Origin: Flavonifractor porci
Lineage (GTDB): Bacteria > Bacillota > Clostridia > Oscillospirales > Oscillospiraceae
NCBI RefSeq assembly: GCF_037572415.1
Contig: NZ_JBBHLB010000005.1
Span: 150,050 to 214,049, forward strand
Reading direction: 5' to 3'
DNA: 64,000 nt
Position numbers and translations under genes: made by a program. How positions within the stretch are numbered: the stretch's first letter is position 1; each line of letters opens with the position of its first letter. The notes under the pieces were generated by a model that did not search any database, was not told the origin of the DNA, and saw only the letters and a list, made by a program, of their open reading frames with translations. Of the stretch, positions 26,940 through 35,600 are shown piece after piece.

Positions 26940-27710
26940 TCAGCGGTTTCGCCAGCCCTCCCACAGCACCACGGACGCCGCCACGGCGGCGTTGAGGGAC
27001 TCGCAGCGGTCCCGCATGGGGATCTTCAAGGTCAGGGCGCAGGCGTCCAGCACAGCCTGGGACACTCCTCTGCCCTCGCTTCCAATCACGACCGCGGCAC
27101 GGCTCAGATCAGCCGAGCGCAGATCGGCAGTATCCTCCCGCAGCGCGGTGGCATACAGCGGCAACTCCGCCGTTTTCAAGCGTGCGGTAAGTCCGTCCAG
27201 TCCCGTCTCCCACACCGGCAAACGGAAGCAGGCGCCCATGGTGGAGCGCACCGTCTTGGGGGAAAAGGGTTCGGCACAGCCGGGGAGCAGGAATACGCCC
27301 TCCGCGCCAAAGGCGTCGGCAGTACGCCATACAGTACCCACGTTGCCCGGGTCCTGCACTCCATCCAGCACCAGATAGAGTCCTGGGGACAGCCTCTTTG
27401 GCGGCATCAGGTCGGGAGTACGGCACACTGCCAGCATTCCCTGGGGGGTATCCACGGTGGACATGGACTTGAGCACGTCGGCGGGTACCTCCACCAGGCG
27501 CACACTCTCGGGCAAATTCCCGGGGGGCTCAATGCCTTCGGCCACCACCAGAGTTTCCACCCCGGCGTTCCAGCGCAGGGCCTCCTCCACCAGCTTATGT
27601 CCCTCACAAAGGTAGGCGCCCTCCTTCCGGCGGGTTTTCTTGTCATTTCCCAGCTTCCGCAGCCGGGCCACCAGAGGGTTCTGGCGGCTGGTGATCCGTT
27701 CCATACGCAT
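26940..27710 (-). CDS. TrmH/SpoU-family RNA 2'-O-methyltransferase
   Basis: SPOUT motifs (LVLDGVQDPGNVGTVWRTADAFG, VVIGSEGRGVS, ESLNAAVAASVVLWE). The start at 27710 or 27704 abuts the trkA stop. Confidence 0.85.
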   Translation of the reverse strand: MRMERITSRQNPLVARLRKLGNDKKTRRKEGAYLCEGHKLVEEALRWNAGVETLVVAEGIEPPGNLPESVRLVEVPADVLKSMSTVDTPQGMLAVCRTPDLMPPKRLSPGLYLVLDGVQDPGNVGTVWRTADAFGAEGVFLLPGCAEPFSPKTVRSTMGACFRLPVWETGLDGLTARLKTAELPLYATALREDTADLRSADLSRAAVVIGSEGRGVSQAVLDACALTLKIPMRDRCESLNAAVAASVVLWEGWRNR

Positions 27711-27711
27711 C

Positions 27712-28365
27712 TTACAGATCCTGCAGGCGGTTGATGTCCTCAGTACGGCCCAGGGCCACCACCGCATCACCCGTCTCCATGAGGGTATTGGGGCCGGGAG
27801 TCACATTAAAAGCCTCCTGACCCTTTTTCCGCACGGCAATGATGTTGACCTTATACCTGGCTCGGACATTCAGTTCCATCAGGTTCTTGCCCAGCCAGTC
27901 CCGGGGCACGGTGGTCTCCACGATGCCGAAATCTTCACTGAGTTCGATAAAATTGAGCACATTGGAACTGGACAGGCCCTGGGCCAGCTTGACACCCATC
28001 TCGTGCTCAGGGAATACCACCCGGTCGGCGCCGATCTTTTCCAGTACTTTGCGGTGGACATGGCTCTGGGCCTTACAGATCACCTGACGCACACCCAGCT
28101 CCTTCAGATTCAGGGTGATGAGTGCTGAAGTGCCCACGTCCACACCTACCGCCACCACGGCACAGTCATAGTTGCGCACACCCAGGGCACGGAGCACCGC
28201 CGGGTCCCGGGCGTCGCCGCTAACGGCGTGGGTGACCTTATCGGCCACTTTCTGTACATTCTCCTCGGAGTCGTCCAGAGCCAGCACCTCATGTCCCAGG
28301 GAGCTGAGCTCGGCGGCCACGGCGCTGCCAAAGCGTCCCAGGCCGATGACAACGAAAGTCTTCAT
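27712..28365 (-). CDS. trkA: potassium uptake protein, NAD-binding subunit TrkA/KtrA
   Basis: VIGLGRFGSAVA Rossmann motif plus an RCK_C domain; 217 aa. Confidence 0.9.
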   Translation of the reverse strand: MKTFVVIGLGRFGSAVAAELSSLGHEVLALDDSEENVQKVADKVTHAVSGDARDPAVLRALGVRNYDCAVVAVGVDVGTSALITLNLKELGVRQVICKAQSHVHRKVLEKIGADRVVFPEHEMGVKLAQGLSSSNVLNFIELSEDFGIVETTVPRDWLGKNLMELNVRARYKVNIIAVRKKGQEAFNVTPGPNTLMETGDAVVALGRTEDINRLQDL

Positions 28366-28393
28366 ATGGTTACACGTCCTTCCGACCGGGCCG

Positions 28394-29776
28394 TTACCCG
28401 ATCATGACATTCATTTCCGGATATTTGATTTTCGCCGTCCGGCGGCTGCGGGTAATAAAGGCGATGGAGAAGGAGAGCACGCCCACCCGGCCCATATACA
28501 TCAGCAGGATGATCAGGGACTGGGAAAACACACTCAACCCTGGGGTAATACCAGTGGTCAGGCCCACCGTACCCATGGCGGAAGCAACCTCAAATGCGCA
28601 GTCCAGATAGGGCAGGTTTTCCACCGTGGAGATCATCATGGACCCCACCAGGAACAGAAACAGCATTACCAGCGCCAGCGTCATAGCGTTGAGCACCCGG
28701 CGGTATGGAATGGTGCGCCCCCGGAAGGTGACCTGCTCCCGTCCCGCCAGTCCGGAACGGAGGGCCAGCAGCAGCACCGCCACCGTGGCGGTCTTCAGAC
28801 CGCCGGCAGTGGAGCCGGAGGAACCGCCGATGAGCATCAAAACAGAAGAAAACGCTTTACTGGTATCGCTGAGTCCCCCCTGCCCAATCGAGTCAAAGCC
28901 GGCGGTACGCAGGGTAATGGACTGAAAGACAGAGTTCATGATTTTCTCCCACAGTGTCATATCCCCCAGCGTGGCGGGATTGGAGTATTCCTCCACCAGG
29001 AAGAACAGAGCGCCACCGATAATCAGCACCCCGGTAACAATAAGCACCATCTTACTGTACACCGACAGTCTGTGCCAGCAGCGCTTGTCCAAAATGTCCT
29101 CCCACACAAAAAAGCCCAGGCCACCCACCACAATGAGAGCCCCGATGGTACCCAGCACCAGGGGATTGTCCTGCAGGCCGGCCAGACTGCTGAAGGCGCC
29201 GAACTTTCCGCCCAGCAGGTCGAAGCCGGCGTTGCAGAAGGCGGAAATGGAATGGAATATCCCCCGCCAGATCCCACCCAGGATTCCAAAATGCGGAATC
29301 ATGGCAATACTCAGCAGCACCGCCCCTGTTCCTTCGATCAGGAAAGTGCCCATCAGGGCATGGCGCACCATACGCACCACACCGTCCAGGTCGTTCAGAT
29401 TCAAGGTGGACACCATAATGAGCCGCTCAGACAAACCGATGCGGCGGTGCAGGGCAAAGGACACCAGGGTGAGCACCGTCATAAAACCCAAGCCGCCCAA
29501 CTGGATCATCAGAATAATCACCAGTTGTCCAAAAACAGACCACTGGACCCAGGTATCCACCAGGATCAGTCCCGTAACACAGGTAGACGAGGTAGCAGTG
29601 AACAGCGCCGTAAAAAAACCTGCGCTCTGGCCGTCTCTGGACGCGATGGGCAGGGTGAGCAGCAGCGCGCCCACCAGAATGATAATGGCAAAAGAGGCCG
29701 CCACGATCCGCGTGGCATTCAGGCTTCGGTTGCGAATAAACATATCCCGCAGCCAAAGGGCGAATCGTTTGATCAC
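28394..29776 (-). CDS. trkH: potassium transporter TrkH/KtrB
   Basis: 460-aa polytopic membrane protein with repeated selectivity-filter-like GFxxxG segments (TGL, AGFD, RTAGF, TVGLTTG). Confidence 0.9.
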   Translation of the reverse strand: MIKRFALWLRDMFIRNRSLNATRIVAASFAIIILVGALLLTLPIASRDGQSAGFFTALFTATSSTCVTGLILVDTWVQWSVFGQLVIILMIQLGGLGFMTVLTLVSFALHRRIGLSERLIMVSTLNLNDLDGVVRMVRHALMGTFLIEGTGAVLLSIAMIPHFGILGGIWRGIFHSISAFCNAGFDLLGGKFGAFSSLAGLQDNPLVLGTIGALIVVGGLGFFVWEDILDKRCWHRLSVYSKMVLIVTGVLIIGGALFFLVEEYSNPATLGDMTLWEKIMNSVFQSITLRTAGFDSIGQGGLSDTSKAFSSVLMLIGGSSGSTAGGLKTATVAVLLLALRSGLAGREQVTFRGRTIPYRRVLNAMTLALVMLFLFLVGSMMISTVENLPYLDCAFEVASAMGTVGLTTGITPGLSVFSQSLIILLMYMGRVGVLSFSIAFITRSRRTAKIKYPEMNVMIG

Positions 29777-29827
29777 TGCCAGGACCTCCCGGAAGAAACT
29801 TGATTACCCAAGCCGCCTGCGGAACGC

Positions 29828-29866
29828 AGAAAAGCATACTGAAGGAAGTCCATCCCTTCAGTATGC
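29828..29866 (-). terminator. intrinsic terminator inside the trkH 5' leader (attenuator candidate)
   Basis: Minus strand reads GCATACTGAAGG-GATGGACTT-CCTTCAGTATGC followed by TTTTCT, 52-90 nt upstream of the trkH start. Confidence 0.65.
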
Positions 29867-30187
29867 CCATACGCTCTCCCACCGGAGCCTGCCGCTCCGC
29901 AGGTTCCCAGACTAAACCTGTCTATCATAAAGCACACCTGATCCTCTGCACAAAGGTACATAGATCGTTCCTCATCTCTCCACATTTTCCCGGAGAATAC
30001 CCCGTGGAATCATACAAAGGTAACTATAGCATACCCTCCAAAGATATTCAAGTCAACGATTATTATACGCCTGTCCGTAATTTCTTACCTTATATATAAA
30101 AAGGCAGCGGGTCCTCCCTTCTCCTCTCCTGCATATTTAACAGTTTTCGCCAGCTGTCCATCTGCCCGGCATCCGGTCACGAAAGAG

Positions 30188-30217
30188 TTGAAATTGAAGT
30201 CAGGTACAGGGTATAAT
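30188..30217 (+). promoter_or_regulatory. candidate sigma-A promoter of the zinc-ribbon/SPFH operon
   Basis: TTGAAA (30188-30193), 18 nt, TATAAT (30212-30217). Confidence 0.55.
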
Positions 30218-30277
30218 CAGTTATATGCCTTATCCAGGCGCCCTATCCGGCATTCGGTTACGAAAGAGGGTCACGGT

Positions 30278-31450
30278 ATGTACACAGAGCATCAGGAAAA
30301 GGTGGACCGCCAGGTATGCGCCAATTGCGGCGGGACCATCAAATGGAACATCACCAAGCAGCGTCTGGAGTGTTCCGCCTGTCGAACGTCCCATATAGCA
30401 AAGACCACTGTTGAGCGGGTGGAAGAGCATGATTTTGAGGGATATATCCAGCGGGAGGGCCAGAGGGTCTCCTTTCCAGACACCGCTATCATTGTCTGCG
30501 GCACCTGCGGCGCACAGATCGCTGTGGACGAGCACTGTACTGCTACGGTCTGTCCCATGTGCGGCTCCACCCAGCTGCTGGAAAGCCGCCAGGAGGCCGG
30601 TGTTCCCCCCGACGGCGTGATCCCCTTTCGGGTGGATCAGGAAACTGCTCAACAAAACTTCGCCAAGTGGGTCAAAAGCCGCTGGTTTGCCCCAAATCGT
30701 CTGAAACAGGCCTACCAGGCGGGCAAGCTCCAGGGCATCTACCTGCCTTTCTGGACCTTTGATGCCCAGGTAAGCAGTACATACTGGGGACAAGGCGGTA
30801 ACACCCATACCGTTCGGGACAGCAAGGGCAACACCCGCACGGAGATCCACTGGCGGCCGGTGAGCGGTACCATAGGCGGCTTTTATGACGATTTGCAGGT
30901 GTGTGCAACCTTAAATTCTGTCAGTCAGGTAGTGGAAAAGATCCTTCCTTATAATACCTGCGACAACACACTCCCCTTCTCATCCAGCTATCTGTCCGGT
31001 TTTCTTGCGGAGCACTATGCTATTCCCGCTACCCAGGCGGTTGATACCGCCAAAGAGCAGGTCCGTACCGACCAGATCAATCAGGCAGAAAGCGATATTC
31101 TGTCCCGGGGCTTTGACCATGCCCGGGTCAGTGACATTCACATTGAATACCATAAAATCACCTATAAACACGTACTGCTGCCCGCCTGGTCCTCCGCCTT
31201 TGCCTACAATGGCAAGCAGTATATGTACATTATCAATGGCGAGAGCGGCAAAGTGGGCGGTCAGCGGCCCTACAGCATACCCAAGATCGTGGCGGCAGTG
31301 GCCGCTGCCGCAGCAGCCATCACAGCTGCCGTGATCCTGCTCACCGGCGCATCCGCCCCGCCCACGCTCCAGGCGGAGGAAAGCACACAGCCTCAGGGCA
31401 TCGTAATTCAGGAGGATACTCCCTGGATGACCTGGGCGTATGATCTCTGA
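30278..31450 (+). CDS. double zinc-ribbon membrane-anchored protein (YdjG-like)
   Basis: ATG at 30278 with an AAGAGGG RBS. Two CxxC...CxxC ribbons (CANCGG..CSAC and CGTCG..CPMCG). C-terminal TM (IVAAVAAAAAAITAAVILL). Sits upstream of a YdjI-like SPFH gene, as in the B. subtilis ydjGHI arrangement (recalled, not searched). Confidence 0.6.
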   Translation: MYTEHQEKVDRQVCANCGGTIKWNITKQRLECSACRTSHIAKTTVERVEEHDFEGYIQREGQRVSFPDTAIIVCGTCGAQIAVDEHCTATVCPMCGSTQLLESRQEAGVPPDGVIPFRVDQETAQQNFAKWVKSRWFAPNRLKQAYQAGKLQGIYLPFWTFDAQVSSTYWGQGGNTHTVRDSKGNTRTEIHWRPVSGTIGGFYDDLQVCATLNSVSQVVEKILPYNTCDNTLPFSSSYLSGFLAEHYAIPATQAVDTAKEQVRTDQINQAESDILSRGFDHARVSDIHIEYHKITYKHVLLPAWSSAFAYNGKQYMYIINGESGKVGGQRPYSIPKIVAAVAAAAAAITAAVILLTGASAPPTLQAEESTQPQGIVIQEDTPWMTWAYDL

Positions 31451-31474
31451 GACATAGAAAGGACGGGAAAAGCC

Positions 31475-32527
31475 ATGGCATGGTTTGGTCAGGGAAAGGA
31501 CACCATTGAATGGGACGAATTCCGAGACGACGTACTCTTTTACAAATGGCCCGCCAAGGAGATCAAGCGGGGCTCCCATCTGATCGTGCGCCCGGGGCAG
31601 AAGGCCATCTTCTATTCCGACGGTATTGTAGGCGCGGTCTTTGAAAATCAGGGTAATTTTGATATCTACACCGATATCGTTCCCTTTTTCTCGACGCTGA
31701 AGGGCTGGCTGTCCCTGCGGGGGGACTCCGGCCTGCGTGCGGAGGTCTACTTTGTCAACGCCAAGGAGTTGACCCTGCCCTGGGGCACCCGTCAGCGGAT
31801 CATGATCCCCACTCCAGAAGTGCCCAGCGGCATCCCTGTAGGGTGCAACGGCAATCTGGTCATTGAGTTCCGGGACTACCAGACCTTTATCAACAAGGTG
31901 GCCGGAGTCAAAGCCACCTATTCTCTGGAGGATGTGGCCGACCGGATCATGGGTGAACTCAACCCAGTGGTAGCCGAAGCCATTCTGGGCGGACAGCAGC
32001 AGATGGGACTCAACGCACTGGTGGGTCTTCAGCAGAACAGCCGCAAACTTGGGAGGGCTATTCAGGAGGAGCTGGACAAGGAGCTCAGTGACTTCGGTCT
32101 GGGCGTGGCGGATGTCAATATCCTGGCCTTCAACTATCCCCCCGAAGTCCAGAAGATGGCGGAGAAGGTGGCCGCCCAGTCCTTTATCACCGACATGGGC
32201 AAGTATACCTCCGTCAGTATGGCTGACAGTATGTCCACTCCCGGCAGCGCCGGTTCGGCTGCTGCCTCGGGCATGGGAATGGCCATGGGAATGCAGATGG
32301 CAGCCCAGATGATGGGTCAGATGGCGCAGCCCCAGGCCGCCCAGCCTCAACAGGCCGCCTGTATCTGTGGCTTCTGCGGCTATTCCAGCCCCACCCAGGT
32401 CAAATTCTGCCCTCAGTGCGGCAAGCCTATAGGCCAGCCTCAGCCGGCAGGGGACCGTTTCTGTCCCAACTGCCGCAAAATGGTGGCCGGTAAATTCTGT
32501 CCCGACTGCGGCACACCGACTGTATAA
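31475..32527 (+). CDS. SPFH-domain protein with C-terminal zinc ribbons (YdjI-like, COG4260-type)
   Basis: N-terminus IEWDEFRDDVLFYKWPAKEIKRGSHLIVRPGQKAIF matches my recollection of the YdjI family. The C-terminus carries CGFCG..CPQCG and CPNC..CPDCG ribbons. Confidence 0.7.
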   Translation: MAWFGQGKDTIEWDEFRDDVLFYKWPAKEIKRGSHLIVRPGQKAIFYSDGIVGAVFENQGNFDIYTDIVPFFSTLKGWLSLRGDSGLRAEVYFVNAKELTLPWGTRQRIMIPTPEVPSGIPVGCNGNLVIEFRDYQTFINKVAGVKATYSLEDVADRIMGELNPVVAEAILGGQQQMGLNALVGLQQNSRKLGRAIQEELDKELSDFGLGVADVNILAFNYPPEVQKMAEKVAAQSFITDMGKYTSVSMADSMSTPGSAGSAAASGMGMAMGMQMAAQMMGQMAQPQAAQPQQAACICGFCGYSSPTQVKFCPQCGKPIGQPQPAGDRFCPNCRKMVAGKFCPDCGTPTV

Positions 32528-32608
32528 TACTCATTTAGCCTTTAAATATGATAAAAGGTGGCAGACACAAAAGTGCCTGCCACCTTTTTACGTTGCAGAA
32601 AGTTTGGA

Positions 32609-35600
32609 TTACTCCGCTTTGCTATCCGCAAAGCGCATGAGGATGGTAGCGACCTCAACGCGGGTGGCGGTGCCGGTGGGATCCAGCTTGCCGCCGTCCT
32701 TGCCGGACAGCAGGCCGGAGCCTACCGCCCACTCCATGGCCTCAGCGGCCCAGGAGGAGGTGTTGGCGCCGTCGGCGAAGGTGGTCAGATCGCCCTTGGC
32801 GGACACATCGTAGCCCTTGCTCTCAGCGTAGCGGTACAGGATGGTGGCCAGCTGCTCCCGGGTCACGGTGTCGTTGGGGGCAAACACGGTGTCGCTGTAG
32901 CCCTTGACGATACCCTTGGAGGCGGCCCAGTTCACAGCGTCGGTGTACCACACACCGCTCTCCACATCGGTGAAGGACAAGGTGGCCTCAGCCTTGGGCT
33001 GGCCCTCCAGCCGCCACAGGATGGTGACGATCATGGCACGGTTGGTGATCATGAGGGGAGCGAAGGTAGTGGAGGATGTGCCGTCCATCAGCTTATTATC
33101 GCAGACGTACTTCACGGCCTCATAGAACCACTCGTCGGCCTTCACGTCGGTGAAGGGCGTGTCGGTATCCACGGGGGTATCGTCCTTGACAAATGCTGCT
33201 TTCACGGTGACGGCGGAAGCAGGCATGGCGAAGGTGTACTTTCCGTCGCCCTTGTCGGTGAGCTTGACCTCGCTGCCGTTCTTGTCGGTGACGGTGATGG
33301 TATCCAGCTTGTAGCCCTCGTCAGACTTCACAGTCAAGGTGATGGTGAGACCCTTGGAGGCGCGGGTGCGGCTGGACGTCACAGTGCCATTGTCCGTCTC
33401 GTCCACGGTGATGGCGTAGGAGGTAGAGGGAACACCACCGGAACCATTATCCTCCCACTTGGCGTACAGGGTCATGCTCTCGTTTACAGGATCGCTGAAA
33501 TTCCACTGGGTGGTATATATATTGTCGGTATACCAGCCTGCAAACACATAGCCCTCGCGAACAGGTGCCTCAGGTTCGGCCACAGTGCTGCCGACCTCGA
33601 CCGTCTGTTCAGGTACACTGCTTCCGCCGTTGCTTTCAAAGGTCACCGTAACCGTCTTGGGCGCATTGGGGTCGATGGCATCGGCCCGGATCAGCACCTC
33701 CGCATTGATGTTGGAGATGGTGACATTACCAGTGACAGCGTCGTAAGTATACCCCTTGCCCTGTTCAAGGGCAGTGCCGCCCATGGTCACGGAAATGGTC
33801 TCAGGCAGGATATAGCCCTCGGCGGGAACCAACTTGAAGGTAAGGTCGGTCCCATCCATCACACTGTCTGTCTTGGGGTCCACACTGGCATTGTACAGGA
33901 TGTATTCGATATGGTGCATCACAGCAGTCTCAGTCTTAAAGGTGCAGGATGCGGGCTGCGACTCGTTGCCGCTTCTGTCGTAGGCGGTAACCGTTACCGT
34001 ATACTCTGCGTTGGGAGTCAGGCCGGAGAAGGCGTAGGTGCTGGCCGTGATATCGGCCACCGGGTCAGACGCTCCGTTCAGATAGACACGATAACCGGCC
34101 AGGTCGGCCTCCGCGGAGGGCGTCCAGGTGACCGTGGCGCCGGTCTGCGTGACTCCGGAAGCGGCCAGTCCGGCGGGCGCCGCAGGAGCCGTGGTATCGG
34201 GCCGCTCCACAGTGATGGTCACACCAAGGTCATTCACTGCGTCCAGGGTGCCGTGAATGGTCTGGGCAGCTTCGCTCTCGGCGGCATAATCGCTTTCCGT
34301 CCAGGCCACATTGCATACCACAAAGGTACTGTCGCTCATCTCGACCACAGCCCGAGTGGGCAGACCGAGCTCGGCAAAAGCGGTGCCCTGCTGTGCCGTG
34401 ACAGAAGCCGGGTTCACGGCTGCGGAGACAGCCTTGGGTTCTTCCGTCAGCGTAAGGTGCAGTTCTGCCTTCACACCATCCGTGTTGGTCACGGGGTCCT
34501 GACACTGAAGCGTACCGGTCAGAGTCTGCTCCGCGCTGTTGGAATTATATCCCTCGTCGCTCCAGGTCACATTCAGGGTGATCGAAGTGCCGTCAGCCAG
34601 AGTTGCGGCTACCGTCTCAGGCAGATTCAGATCGCCAAAGGCTGTTCCAAGAACGCCTGTGGCAGTGGCAGGTTTGACCGATTCCACGTTAGGCTCCGCA
34701 GGCGCCACAAACCGGGTACCGGTAACGGTAACTTCTTTCAGGCCGATGCAGGTACTTTCTCTAGGTATAACACTATTGCCCTTCTCAAAATAGAGCCGGA
34801 GATAACGGGTGCCCGCAGGAATGGGCTTTGTAAAGTCCGCCTTGGCCACGCTGTGGGTAGCGCCAGATTCCGTTCCCGACTGCGTCACAGTGGCAATGGT
34901 AGTCCAGGCATTGGCATCCTTTGCGTTTTGGCCGGTGAGAGCCTCTTTATTATTCATAGTCTGATAGAGGTTCTCTTTGCTGTAGTCCTGGGGCGTATAG
35001 TCGCTGCCCGCAACCTGAATCCAATATTCATCGGACCAGGTCTTATTAAAGTAGGACATGGAGATCCCGGTGACATCAGCCACATCTTCCCCAAGATCGA
35101 TCACGATCCAGGCGCCGTTGGAATCTGTCGCCACTTCGGGACCCACCCAGTTGCTGCTCCACCGAGTGCCGGTATCGCCGTCCACACTCTTGCTGGGTTC
35201 AAATCCAGAACTCAGTTCCATACCGGAGGCATAGACGGGGTGCTCCAGAGAAAGATTCTCTTCCGCTCCAACGCCGGCCGAATAAGTCTTGGTACCATTG
35301 ATTTTCAGTTCAGCCACACTGATGCCAGTGGCGCCGGTGGCATACTTGTTGATCTCATTAAACACTACGCACACATACCGACCACTGGTGCCCTCAGGCA
35401 GTACAGTTACCTGATCGTCGTGACCTTTTTGATCGGTAGGATCATAGGACGCGCTGGCAGCCTTTGTACCGCCGCTTACCTTGCCGTCTTGTACCGTAAA
35501 GGGCTCGTCGGAGACGTAGATATCATATTTGGTGGGCCAGGATTTATCTGTGTAGCATTTCAGCGTAATATCGGTAAGCTCATTGGTGCCGCTCAGATCT

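Noticed and set aside
29777-30100. c-di-AMP (ydaO-type) riboswitch call for the trkH leader
   Set aside because: Only short fragments resemble the motif. The conserved 3' segment I remember is not found. It is kept as an unclassified leader rather than annotated as an ncRNA.
30980-32350. 456-aa minus-strand ORF
   Set aside because: It is antisense to the zinc-ribbon and SPFH genes, which have RBSs and recognisable motifs.
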